This document shows positions 1 to 16,600 of a DNA stretch of 64,000 nt, one piece after another. The position numbers and the translations under genes were made by a program. The stretch lies in assembly GCF_009914755.1 (NCBI RefSeq), contig NC_060943.1, one strand, 5' to 3'. Under the pieces are notes generated by a model that was not told the DNA's origin, searched no databases, and saw nothing but the letters and a program-made list of their open reading frames with translations. Each line of letters opens with the position of its first letter. The stretch's first letter is position 1. This DNA is from the human T2T-CHM13v2.0 reference genome, Homo sapiens.

Positions 1-534
1 CAATGGCAGCCACAAAGAGCATGCAGATAAAAACACCTGAGGCTTCTTTAGAGACCCAGGCAAGGCCTATTGAGAGCCCAGAGCCACCGGGCTTAGAGCT
101 TTTGTGTCCCCATGCTCAGTCTTGATTTGGAATTCTCTTGGAAACATTGTTTATAATTGGCCATTCAGAACAACCTTAGTGCTTATAAAGCTGTCACCCA
201 TGTGGTCCAGTCTCAGGTCAGTGTCTCAGACAAAGAACCTGAATCCATCAGCTTAAATGTAATTTCAAAGTCAGACAAGTTCAATCCTGCCATTTCTCAA
301 ACACTCTGAAGGAGATACAAGATCACAAGTGCTGCATCTTAAACCTGTCCCTTCTCTCCTGCCTCTTGTCTGGAAGGCTGCAGTTGCTGGTCTTTTCAAC
401 ACTCCGCAGCACTCTTCCCAGGTCTCTCCCTCTTGACCCTGACCTTCCCTCCCTCCCCTTTGTTTCCAATCCTGCTGCACACAAACCCCAAAAGGGCTGG
501 CCTTGTTGGCCAAGGAGGGTAGTGACTGGGTGAG

Positions 535-975
<441 letters not shown>

Positions 976-2955
976 ATCACTGTTCTCACGGGAAAACCTA
1001 AAATAGGGAGGAAATCACAGATTTTATTATTTCAGAATTTATTATTTCATATGGGATGATTCTATATCTTACAAAAATAAATGTATAACTTTTGGAGAAT
1101 GTTTGTCTAATTTACGGCAAGGAGAAGTGGAGTGTAAAGTTAGTATTATGCAACATTTTCCCCAGATAATTCCCGTATTGATATTCTAATGAAAATAGGC
1201 TCCCCAAATTCTGCATTTTTATCGTGTGTGTCTATGCTAGCATTTATGTTATATTCTGAATTAACAAACTTCAAACGCTAAAAAATTACATATGCAGAAA
1301 AATAGGGAAAAGGGATATGCATCTTTTGTAAGTCTCAGTGGAGCGCAGGCAAACCTCTAGCCCTATCTGATACTCCTAGCTTAAACCACATGGTAGTTTT
1401 GGAATGGGAGAACATTAATGACTACAAAACAATAAGAAGGCTGTTTAGACATGTGCAAAAAAAAAAAAAAAAAGGAAATCTTTAAAATCAGGCTGTGTCC
1501 TTATCATTGAATGCCTACTAATGAATATCATTCTCAATAAAGAAACTTCTGGCTCTCTCATGTTCTGTTTGTTAAAATAGCATCCAAGACATTTTCTATA
1601 ACGCAAACTTAATGCAAACCCAAAACAAAATAAAAAGGAAAGAATGTCAAAAGAACAAACTTTTAAAACTCTGCACTTTTTTTTTATTATTAGATGCTAT
1701 TCCTGACTTGTTAAAATTGATCAAATAGAAAGCTGTGAAAAGAGAAAAAATTAAGCCAACTAGAAAAGTGTGACTTGGATTTAATATTTTATAATTGCCA
1801 AGGGACATACTGAGATCAATGAATTTTTGCCTGAAATGAACGTCAGAAAGAGATGTACTTCAGTCTTTTAGGGAACATTGGTCTATTTAATTCTTGTGTC
1901 TGATGCATGTGAAATAGGCCTGCCTCGGCCTTCTTTCTCTGCCGGGGGTGTTGCTGGCAGCGGACATTACCACTTTTAATAGGCCGCTGTCTGAGGAGTG
2001 GCAAGGGAGCCCATAACCCATCGACTCTAATGGATCAGCCTGTTTATTCACTTACACCTTTTTTTTTTCCCAGCTAATTTTAGTTTTGCATGCTGAGTTG
2101 TTTCGCTTTGAATTAAATGAATAGAAACAAAGGGAAAAGCCTGTGCAGCTAATAAACCATGATGATGTTCACGGCCCTCTCAACAGGCTTCTCCACATAG
2201 CAGGTATCCCATCTGAGAACAGATTCACTGTGGCATTTTCTCCACTTGTTGATGAAATTAACATTTTATACATGCTCACATTCAGAGGAAAAAAATTAAA
2301 TTATTCAAATTGCTTGATCGAGAATGCACCGTTGTTTGGAGTAGACCTACGCGCCCAGCCTCAGGCCACCGACATCCTCAGATTTCAGACACCGGTCAGT
2401 GACTTTTTCTGCCTGGGGGGGTCATCCCACAGCTCTCCGTGGGGTCACACAAACAGGAAAAATGCCCCAGTGCTTTGCTTTGTCTAATGAAAAACCAGAG
2501 AGACACAAGGAGGCTATGTCAGCGTGCCCTTCAACAGAAATAACAGGAGTCAGTTGTTTAAAAACATCCCCCTCCCAAACTCCCTCTCTATGCCCAGAGA
2601 ACTTGAAGAAGGTTCCAGAAACCTTTTAGGTCGATAGCTGCCAAGGGGTATGAGAGAGACAAGAATGTCCAATATAAGAGAGAGGGGAAAGGGGTCAGCT
2701 TCCCCTTATCTTCTGAATAGGACCCATTTTCCATTTGGGGTTTGGAATTGTCACAAAGACCCCAATGGCAGAGGAGGGGGCTGCACCCGCCTCTTCCCCA
2801 TTGGGAACTCACACCGATTCCCTGTGGTCCCTGCAGGTTAGAGGGGCTACCATGTCCCCACCACCGGTAAAGCCTAGGAAGGGGGCTAGTGGCCTGAACT
2901 CCAGAAAAGGCATTCTCCACTTGTGGGAGAAACAATATTCCCCAAAAGACCACCC

Positions 2956-3102
2956 CAGGAGGTGGAGATGAGAGGATCGCTTGAACCCAGGCATTGGAGG
3001 CTGCAGTGAGCTGTGATCACCACTGTGCTCCAGCCTGGGCAACAGAGCAAGACCCAGTCTCGAAAAAAAAAAAAGAAAGAAAGAAAGAAAAAGAAAAAAA
3101 AG
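2956..3102 (+). mobile_element. Alu right-arm fragment (AluJ/FRAM-like)
   Basis: aggatcgcttgaacccagg...ctccagcctgggcaacagag plus A/GAAA tail. Confidence 0.9.
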
Positions 3103-3709
3103 AACCACTCCAAAAGATTCACCCTCCAAACAGTTCAACTCCAAAGGTTACTGCCCTAAGGGTGGTGCCATACGGCATGGCTGTGTTGTCTCCTGGCAAA
3201 AAAAAAAAAAAAAAAAAAAAAAAAATTAAATAAAGTTGTTGCTCAATCAGAAGCTAAGATAACTTGCAAAGTGATCTGGAAAATATTGAGAGAATTTAGA
3301 CTAGCTGGGAGAAATAGAACATGCTCTGTCATTAAATCAAATAAAAATAAAAATAGGTCTCTCTGAGTATTAAGCAGAATGTCAACAACTCTCTGAATGA
3401 AATCTATTTTAGACACAACAATAGTATGATACCCTACTTTTGCCCTCATGCAATTAAAATAGGGTAATTTTTTAGACCATTTCTTGCAGCTATAATCTGT
3501 CACTAGGAGAAGAAAGCCCTTAGCACCCCAGCTGTATCCAGTTTCACACATGGCTTTTCTTTCCTTTCTACCCCACAAATCTCAATAAACCAGAAGTCAG
3601 TCAGCTCAAACTCCTCAGCCCTGCCTTTTTAGGACTCACATTCCTTAGCTGTGCTTTCTTCCCTCAAAACCCCAAGTCACCCAAATAGCATTTTCTCCAT
3701 TCAGCAGCA

Positions 3710-4026
<317 letters not shown>

Positions 4027-4125
4027 ATTCAGCAGCATTTCTTATACAAATATGCACTGACTCCTACCATGTGCAAAGCACTGAACCTGATGTTTAATCA
4101 TTGGCATGGAGCTAAGTAATGCACA

Positions 4126-4462
<337 letters not shown>

Positions 4463-6060
4463 TAAAGAATGAAGAAATGTAGTGGGTAGGGTCCCTAGCG
4501 GAACTCCCTGCACAGTGTCCTTCAACCCAGAGCCTAACAGGCTCTCTCTCATCAATACTCAAGTTACAATAAAATAATTGATGGGCCCACAATGCATGCC
4601 CACAGGATGGCCGTGAGCAAGAAACTCTCACCGTGCAAGAAACCATACAGTCACAGAATAATTCTGCTTTCCCTCGATTTGTGTGCCTGGACCCAGATCC
4701 CCGCTCTCAGACCCAGTGTGCAAAGCAGAGAGGGAACAACAGACTCAAGTTGGAAGTGATTTACTTCATTAGCTGGGATTACAAGTTTAACTTACAAACC
4801 AGAGGTCAAAATTTCTCATTAACAAGGGGGCCGTGAATCGCTGCAGGCTTTGGTTCAAGAGGAGACCACTCTTATTACTAACTACACATTTCAATCTGTC
4901 TTTGATGTTCTCCTTCTTCCCTCCTCCCTTTTATTTTTTGGCAGAGGAGCTGATTTTAATTGTGGCACTACAACCAGGCTCCCTCCATCCCAGGGAGCAG
5001 CCTCCCGTCTGCTGCTGCCTGGCGAGTGAGTTTGCAAGATTGGGTGCAGTCTATCGCTCAGGGCACATTTTAATGGCTCCCCTCTCCTACAAGGCTTGGA
5101 TTGTTTTCCACGTGATTCTGGTTAATTTCGCTGCGGGAAAGGGCATTGGTTTTCCTTGTGAGCTTCTGATCAGTCTGCCTCAGAGAGGTGAAATAGATTA
5201 AAACAGAGAAGGAGGCGTTGTCATTCCAACTTTCCGGACGCGAGGACCAGACCCAGCACATCTCCAGCACTCAGAATAGAGAGAGGAGTTTGACAGAGAC
5301 CGTTATGCTACAAAAAGCGCTCTTTTGAGAAATCAGCTTTGGTTGTTTACAAAATACTCAGGTTGCCTTCAAGTGCCCCTTCCCTTCAAAACCACCACCA
5401 AGGGTTAAAAGAAGCAACTCAAACGAGATAAAACTTCTGCAGGGTGCACTTATCCTGAGAATCTCAGAATCCCACACTGCAGAATCCTTTTCCAAATAAG
5501 AAGACCAGGAAATTGTAGCAGCAGTTATGTATTATTGTCCAGCACAAATAAAAGTGCTTAACACGCACTGTTCTAAAGACCAAGACCCGCGTGCAGGTCA
5601 CAGTGGCACAATGACCAATGTCACTGAACCAGGGCTTCAAATGGAGTCACTGATGGAAAGGATTCCACTATCTAATTATTTAGAAGTATAGAGTATAGCC
5701 ATTATTGAAAATAACTAAATTGTTATTCCGGTCTAGTCTGGGAAGAAGGTCACATTCAAACCGCATAAGCTCTAAATATTCCTCAGTTGCTATTCATGCG
5801 CTGTGAATGTTTGTTCTCCCTGAGAAATGTTTTCTTAGTTGCCGGGTGAAGAGCCCGTAGGTAGCACAGAGGCTGTGGATGGGGCTCCGTGCCTAGTGCC
5901 CATCAGAGAGCCTACTAAGCTGACCCCATTGCAGAGAGTAGAGGCAGCTTCCAGCAACCGGGCTGGCCTGCTCGGCTGCACGGGACTCCCAGCATGTTCC
6001 AGGTGTGGCAGCTTGCTGTGGAAGCCACGGTGCCAGGGGGACAAAAACTCCTTGTGCAGG

Positions 6061-6390
6061 ACCAGCACAGTGGCTCATGCCTGTAATCCCAGCAGTTTGG
6101 GAGGCTGAGGCCAGAGGATCCCTTGAGCCCAGAAGTTCAAGACCAGCCTGGGAAACATAGGGGGACCCTGTCTTTACAAAAAATAAAAAACAAACAAACA
6201 AAAAATTGTCCAGGTGTGGTGGCGTGCACCTGTAGTCCCAGCTACTCAGGAAGCTGGAGTGGGAGGATTGCTTGAGCCCAGAAGGTCCAGGAGGTTGAGG
6301 CTACTATGAGCTGTGATCACACCACTGCCCTCCAGCCTGGGTGACAGAGCAAGGCCCTGTCTCAAAACAAAACAAAACAAAACAAAAAAC
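6061..6390 (+). mobile_element. Alu (AluJ-like)
   Basis: Full dimer with (CAAAA)n tail. Confidence 0.95.
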
Positions 6391-8617
6391 CCAAAACCAC
6401 AACTCCTCATGCAAAACAAGCAGGGGTGGCTGCAGTGTCCTGCCCAGTTCCCATCCGGAACCCCCAGGGGAAGCAGGGGGCTTCTCATCCATGGAGAAAT
6501 TACTGCCTTCTTTGCTTTATTTTATTATTATTATTATTTTGCTGCTAATGTTTAGTTTTAGTTCCTTTTATGTCTCCAGTTCCCTTTAACAAAAACACTG
6601 ATTAGAACTCAAGGAATCCATGTGACCTGGAGGTGAAGAGCAGTTCTCAGCTGGGGACAATCATCAGGCTCAGACCCAGGAAGCACCAGTGGCTCCGGGT
6701 CACAGGGGCCCGAGGCAACCCGGCCATCTGGGCCCTCAGCCACTTCCTGGCGCCACCCGAGGCACCCCAGGCCAAGCCAGGCAGTCACCTTGACCGGGCT
6801 GCTGGGGCGTCTCACCCGCGCACTGTCCCTCCCTGTTCCCACCCCCTCCCTGGCAGGCAGCTGTTCAGCTCCAACAGGGGCCTATCTTAACAACGAGACA
6901 TTTTAAAAAGGTCCTTATTGCTGGTCTAATTTCAAACAGGCACCACAATGAAGAACTGTCTTTGTATGGGATTAATTTTAAAACCTCAGGATTTGATGTC
7001 AGTGGGAAAAACACAGTGTGGGGGTCAAACTGCTGCCTTCTCCTCCTTCTGGCCAGCCCGGGGGCTCATTTCTTAGGAGATGAAAACTCTGACAAGCCCT
7101 TCAGTCAAGCTGAAAGCAGGCAGCGGTCCAGCCACAGCCACAGGCCTCCCGGGCATCCTGTGACCCCTCCGAAAAGTCACATTCACTTTGCTCTTGAGAA
7201 AGGAAAAATCATGCTGGAGGCATTTTATTTGAAACCATGTGAAATAAGGAAATGTGAAGATGTGAAAATGAAGTGAAAAAAAAGTTAGAATTCATTTCCG
7301 TCCTTGCAATGGCTTAGAAGCCGAGCTGGTTCATTTTGAAAGCGTGTAAAAATCTGATCCATTCACCAGTAGGCAGAGACTACAAAATGCTTAAGGTAAA
7401 ATATGTAAATATGTAAAATTATCTGTTGAAAACCATCTCCTTTTGTGCTTGAAAGAATTTTTTAAAGCATCTTTATTTCTATTCTGCATTAATATACTAT
7501 TGAGCAGAAAAGTTTCTTTTGGCAAAACAACAAAAAACCAAGATGCCAGAAAATTTAGTGATTCTGAAATGAAGTCCATGGGAACAAAGGAAGGACAAAA
7601 AGGATTTCTATCTTCTCGTGCACTTGTATGGCACTTTTTTTGTGTGATAATTTAAAGCATATCATTAATATAACAAATTATAGAATTCATTTTTTAAAAG
7701 CATTGTTCACCTGAAAACTTGAAGCGAACCTCACCTTCAGGCCTCTGCTACTGTCTCTTTTGGAAGTGGGCTCCCTCTTCTCCCCGGGTGTCCCCTGCCT
7801 CACCTGACCCAGCCCCCGCTATCCTTGATAGATCCAGGGACCTCCCAGCAGTGTGTTTGGACCCATACCACAAATAATTGGTCACAAACAGTTTATCTTA
7901 TTTCTAGATATTTCCAAATTAATTTTTTTGAAATATGGAAAAGAATGGCCGGATATATGCCTATAGCTATGTAATTATCATTCATTCAGTTGGATTTGAA
8001 TCCATTGTATTGCAACAAACGTGGTTTCATCACACAACTTGCAACTTCCAGAAATAGGGGGGTTAGTGGTTGTTGTTTTTTCCTTTCCCCTAATCCAATT
8101 TCTTCTGGAGGGGGTTCAACCAATGAATGTTTTGTCTCATAAGCCAACACCTCGTAGGTAGATTGCTGTCATTTCTTGTCTCCTCCTGAGGGAGACCTAT
8201 CACTGTGGACTGGGCCTCCAGCCCCACTGGCCAGGGTTGGAGGGATGAGCCTCAGATTGGGAAGGGGTGTGCCTGAAACCAAATCCACTGAGCTCTCAAG
8301 CCAGATGAACAAAACCCTCAGATCCTGGAGGGGAAGACAGTGTCTATACTTGGCCCTGTACGTATGGCAGCAGCATTGTTTGGGGAAGGTGAAGGTGCTT
8401 AAAACTGGAAAATTGTTCTTGGTTTTGCAAACCCTTGGGTGTTTTCTGAAAGATCAGACAATGGAAAGTAGAAAGCTTTCTCTAAAACAATTTTCAAATC
8501 TGTTTATTCTACTAGACACCCTCGTATTCCTAGCGCTTGTTTCTACGTTTTCTTTTGTTTAAATCTCTTATTGTCTCAAAAAGGTTATCAAAAAATAAAA
8601 ATAAAAAAACGCATGTG

Positions 8618-8645
8618 CACACACACACACACACACACACACACA
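8618..8645. repeat. (CA)n microsatellite
   Basis: About 14 CA units seen directly. Confidence 0.95.
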
Positions 8646-8671
8646 AGATTGTGTCCAGAAGACTTTCCAAG

Positions 8672-8993
<322 letters not shown>

Positions 8994-9149
8994 TCATCCC
9001 CACAAAACCTACCTCCCAGCTCCCTTCCTGTAGACCTAGGCAGAGAGAGACCAGCTCTAGAGAACTCAGGAAAGGTAATGTTAGAAACCTGAGAACTGAC
9101 AGGGTCAGGAAGATAGCCTGAGCAGCAAGAAGTATGGTCTAGTATGGTG

Positions 9150-9303
9150 AAATTTTGTTCATCTTAGATTTTTTTTTGCATTAGTTTTTATTTTTAAAAT
9201 ATTGCATTAAAATAGTATCTATTTATTACTGGGTTATTGGGCACCTCCTTAAAGCCTGCCCTCAGGCAAGTGCTTCACTGCCATCATCCTGGTCCTGGCC
9301 TTG
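9150..9303 (-). mobile_element. Old hAT-type DNA transposon end fragment
   Basis: Resembles the recalled hAT-Tip100 terminus (…gcacctccttaaa…caggcaagtgcttcac…tcctggccttg); family not certain. Confidence 0.4.
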
Positions 9304-9369
9304 CCCTGGGGAAGAGATGCCTGCTGACATCCGCTTCAGCTTCGCCAGGCTCCAGCCTGGACCAGCTAA

Positions 9370-9778
<409 letters not shown>

Positions 9779-9880
9779 TATTTATTTATTTATTTATTTT
9801 TTGAGAAGAGGGTCTTGCTATATTGCCCAGGTAGGTCTCAAACTCCTGGGCTCAAGCTATCCTCCTGCCTCTGCCTCCCT
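9779..9880 (-). mobile_element. Alu left monomer fragment (FLAM-like)
   Basis: (TTTA)n then ggtcttgctatattgcccagg…ctcaagctatcctcc. Confidence 0.85.
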
Positions 9881-10119
9881 AGAAACAACTTCTTTACTGG
9901 CCATTGGCAAGCCAAGTTCATTGAAGTCTCCCTCCTAAACCTTTACAAAGATTTAGGAAACAGATTAACAATAAAACTTCAACAAACCCAGGATGGGAGA
10001 GTTACTGAATTAAATTAGAGCTTTTCTCGTACATCACGCTAAAGGTAAATTATTTTGTTTATTCGAAGCCACATTCATATTATAAAATGGTTTGCTTCTC
10101 TCTCTCTGTCTCTCTCAAA

Positions 10120-10469
<350 letters not shown>

Positions 10470-10645
10470 TAACTAGCACCATTGCTTACTGAATGCCATG
10501 CATGGAGCTGAGAGCTCTACAATATACATTATTTTGCTTAGTCTCCAGCAACTGCAATGGCAAATTTGAGGCTGCACAAAGATACACATGCTGGCCTCAG
10601 GGCTGAGCCGGGATGTGAAGTCAGATCAGACTCCAGAGCCCACAT
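10470..10645 (-). mobile_element. MIR relic
   Basis: Degenerate MIR (ttactgaatgcc…tgaggctgcacaaag…gggatgtgaagtcagatcagactccagagccc). Confidence 0.5.
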
Positions 10646-11560
10646 GCCATGGAGCCTTGGAGACAGGTTTGCTTTCACTCTGTTATCTTGCACAGGCCTA
10701 ACTCTGGGCAGGGATGCTGAGCCCAGGGCTGAGGCTTGGCCAGGCGGCTGCAATCGCAGATCAACCCTGTAAGCCTGAGGACCCGCAGCTTCCGTGGGAA
10801 GGTACAGACCTCCTGCCCTGCTGCACAGCCCTGGGCAGAGCAGGCATGCCCAGGACCACACTCCACTTCCTCCGGATGGTGCCTTCAGTGGAGTCAGCGG
10901 CAGGACCACTGATTTTTCATTCTAGGTCCCTATGCAAAAATAATAAAGACTTCCTGTCTGAGCACTAGGGTAAACAGATCTTAGCTAAAGGGAGGAGGAG
11001 GGGTTGTGGGAAGAACCTCTGTTGTCCCAGCTGGAAACTTAAGCACCAGGAAATGCATTTCCGCGTGTTCCCAGCCTGCCGAAAAGTCAGGCACACCAAG
11101 GACAAAGCAATCTCCAATGCCTGGCCCAAATTTGGCTTTTCCCCTTCCCCGCCTGCTCCTCCAGGCTTCCTGGGTTTTTCACTCTCCTCCGTTTCCCCTC
11201 TGGGCAAGCCCAGAGGGTGTTTGTTTAAAGCACCTTTCACTAACATTCCTTCCCAGCCATTCTCACAGCTTTTCACTTTGCATTACGCCCAGAGCCCCTA
11301 GATGCAGTCTCTTTACCCAGCCAACCCTCTTTCAAAAACTAACCTATATTTTACATGGAGAACTTTAACCCGTTTGCCTCCAAAAAACCCTGTAACATTA
11401 CAGAGACGCTAAAGTCTCCTTGGACCTCTAAAAATCCATGGCTACCCACTTCAGCTCCCCAACAGGTAAGCACTGAAGCACCGACTTTGGATTTTTTTTT
11501 TCAGAAATGTTTCCTGTTTTTGCAACATACATTGGACTTCATTAAAACTATGGCATGTGA

Positions 11561-11868
<308 letters not shown>

Positions 11869-12538
11869 AAGGCATGCGAAATGTTATTGATGAGTTTGGT
11901 TACTTTTTTTACATATATACTGTTCTACGCATTTTTTTTTCACTCAACAATACCTCTTAAAGATCTATTTGCATACACACAGATCCAAGTCACTTAAAAA
12001 AATTTTTTGTATAAAGCCCCATGCTGTGAACTGCTTCTATCTACTGAGGCATTTTGATATTGATGGGCATTTAGGCTTCTGCTATTTCCAATGCTGCTTC
12101 AGAGACGCTTTCTTTGTGCACATATACATTTCTCGAGGGTAGATAACACAGAAGGGAAATTGCTGGGTTTCACGGTATGCACATTTCTAGCTCTGAGGGC
12201 ATCCAAAGTGCAGCTGTACTGATACACGGGGCACCAGCATCCTCTGGGAGCAGCGCCCTTACAGGCCTGCTAGTACCTATCGGACTTTTAAATTGCTGCC
12301 CTTGTGATGGGTGACAAGTGTTGCTTAATTTGTATTTCCCTTAAGATTTGGTAGGGTCAAACTTTTTTTTTTGGTAATACATTTTACAAGTCCTTTTTCA
12401 TACCTCTTCTGTGAATTGCCTGTTCATATTCTTTGCCCCTAAAAAAAAAATTGAGTAGTTTGTCTTTAAAAAAAAAAACACTTTATGGATCTATGATTGA
12501 CATATAAAAAGCTGTACATACTGATGCATACAACTTGA

Positions 12539-13051
<513 letters not shown>

Positions 13052-13392
13052 AGGATCTCCTTTTTTAAGGCTGAATTGTATTCCATCGTGTATACACCAC
13101 ATTTTCTTTATTCATTCATCCATCAATGGACAGTTAGGTTGTTTCCATATCTTGGCTATTGTGAATAGTGCTGCAATGGACATGAGAGTGTAAGTATCTT
13201 TTTGAGATACTCAGCATTGCTGGATCATATAGTAGTTCTGTTTTTATTTGTTCCAGTAACCTTCACACTGGTTTCCATGATGGCTGCACCAATTTACATT
13301 CCCACCAACAGTGCACCAGTGTTCTTTTCTCCACATCCTTGCCAGCACTTATTGCCTTTTTTAAATTTATTTATTTAAATAATAGCGATCCG

Positions 13393-13690
13393 AGCCAGGT
13401 GCAGTGACTCATGCCTGTAATCGCAGCACTTTGGGAGTCTGAAGTGGATGGATCACCTGAGGTCAGATGTTCAAGACCAGCCTGGCCAACTTGGTGAAAC
13501 CCCGTCTCTACTAAAAATACAAAAACTCGCCTGTTGTGGTGGCGCATGTCTGTAAACCCAGCTACTTGGGAGGCTGAGGCAGGAGAATCACTTGAACCGG
13601 GAGGCGGAGGTTGCAGTGAGCCGAGATCATGCCACTGTACTCCAGCCTGGGCGACAGAGTGGGACTCCATCTCAAATAATAATAATAATA
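13393..13690 (+). mobile_element. Alu (AluSx-like)
   Basis: Full dimer with (AAT)n tail. Confidence 0.95.
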
Positions 13691-14669
13691 TCCATCCTAA
13701 CAGGTGTGAGGAGATACCTCATTGTGGTTTTGATTTGCACTGCCTGGTGGTTAGTGATGTGTACTTTTTCATGCACCTATTGTATGTCTCGTTTCTCTTT
13801 TCAAACCATTGCTGCTTCCCTGCTTAGGCACACACAGGTGCTGGGGACATGTGGGATCTCAAACCACCTAATTCACTTTGGAGATGGGTGTAGGCTGCAG
13901 CAGCTGCAGGCTACCCTGTGAACGCACAGAGCTCTGCAGCCGCAAACGGGCTGGCCTCCTCACTGGCCTTGGCCTGAGATGTGATGCTCTGAGGGACTCC
14001 ACCTGCAGGAGCCTCCGCAGTGAGTGCCTGCTTTACGCAAGTCCTAAACAAGCACAATTGCCACTTCCTTTAACCCCACGATGCTGACAGATGCCAACAC
14101 CTGGTTCCAAGAGTTGCCCCAAACCTCCCAGTGGGGCCTTGGGAAGACTGGGATTTGAATTCAGATCAGCCTGTCTGCAGTGCCCATGACCCTGGCTGAG
14201 CTGAGCCGGGTTGCTCCCGGACGCTGAGGAGCGTGTGGGTGAGTGTGGGCAGGGCCTGGCCTCAGGGCCCTGTACCCTTAGGCAACACCCATGCTCTCCC
14301 TACCAGGTCGGTGCCCTGGTTCATCCCCTGAGCCTCTGGAGGCAGAGTACTAGGGAGCTGGGCTTCTCAGTGAGGGGAACCTTCCCATTCCCCCCTCCTC
14401 ACAGCTCCCACCTCAGAGGATGCTGGGTAACAGGAGCACACACAGAGTGTCCCCCAACCCCCACCAGCTGAGAAAACCTTGGTGAAGGCCAGAGGCCCAC
14501 GCACCCTGGGTGCTCCTGCCCCAAGAGGAGAGAGAGAGAGAGAGAGTTGGGGGAGGGGTTCCTGCAGGTGAACAGATCAAATTTTGGTCAAATTCCAATA
14601 AATTCTCACTTAATTTTAACATTTAATGTTGAAAAATCCTAATGGTGACCTGATTCCCTCTTTTGAATT

Positions 14670-14830
14670 CCAGCCCTCCCAGATAACCTATCTCTCGAGG
14701 TGACAAGCCGGTGCCACCTGAATTCATTACTGCCTGATTAATTATGCTGCCTTTGTACCAGGGAAACAGGGACTTCAATCAGCCGTGGCCGCCATCCCCT
14801 GGCCGTCGCCTCAACAGGCCGGCCGCTGTC
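14670..14830. promoter_or_regulatory. Candidate enhancer
   Basis: Repeat-free cluster of GATA, TGACA, E-box, TAATTA and CCTTTGT motifs. Confidence 0.35.
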
Positions 14831-15564
14831 AGGGAGCCTGGCCCCTCGCCCAGCTCAGGGTTGGCCGAGAAGCTGGGCGCAGTGGCTGGTGAGATGTGGC
14901 TGCCTGCAATCAGAGGGCCTGGGATTTGGGGTCCTTTCTGGGCAGTCAAGGGAGAGAGGGGTGAGCCAGGTCAGAGGCTGCAGAGTGGAGATTTCTGCTC
15001 TGTCCCTGGAGAGGCCTGACTGGGAGGCCCTCCTTGGGGCCTTGAGCTGTCTGGACATACCAGACGTCACTAAAACTGGGCATTGTCCCTTCAGGAGGAG
15101 GCACCAGGTCTCAGAAGGAGCTATTTCAAGCACATGCATCCCGTGAGATACATGATTACTTTGGCAAAGGGGAAGGTTTTCTGGCCAGCTACCTAGACCC
15201 GTGTGTGGGCACAGCCCTCACAGACATCTCTGCGGAGCTTCAACATGGTGTCAGGGAGGGTCAACTCCAGGCACTGAGGCCAGGCAAGAACCAGCACCCT
15301 CAGCTCTGCTGGTTCATTAGCCTGACGGGGTATGGCTACAGTGGCCTTTGGTCCTGTGCATCCTGCATTTGTCAAGGTCCACAAACTTGTGAAACCCAGT
15401 CCCATCTGCAGAGTGGCAGATGATGTATTTTTTTCAAAGAAGAAGAAGATGAGATTGCTTTTAAAATGTGGGTTCTCTGCCCCTACTCTGAGCCTACACA
15501 GCATGGGGGGACCACAGAAGGGGTACCCCCTAGCCCAAGTGCCCCATGAGCCTTGGCCTCAGCA

Positions 15565-15720
15565 GGTCCGGCTTTGAATCCTACTCCGTCATGGATGTAC
15601 TGTGTGACTATGGCCAAGTTACTCAACCTCTCTGAGTCTGGGTTTTCAGAGAGACATCACTATGTGTCCCACAGGGTGGTTATGAGAGAAAAATAAGGAA
15701 ACACACACAAAGCCCTTTAT
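15565..15720 (+). mobile_element. MIR
   Basis: ctgtgtgactatggccaagttactcaacctctctgag MIR core. Confidence 0.75.
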
Positions 15721-15741
15721 GTTGCCCGGAGTGCCTTCTGA

Positions 15742-16600
<859 letters not shown>

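Noticed and set aside
11460-11472. Isolated strong splice donor CAG|GTAAGC (similar sites near 20505 and 27947)
   Set aside because: No convincing paired acceptor or reading frame; expected by chance in 64 kb
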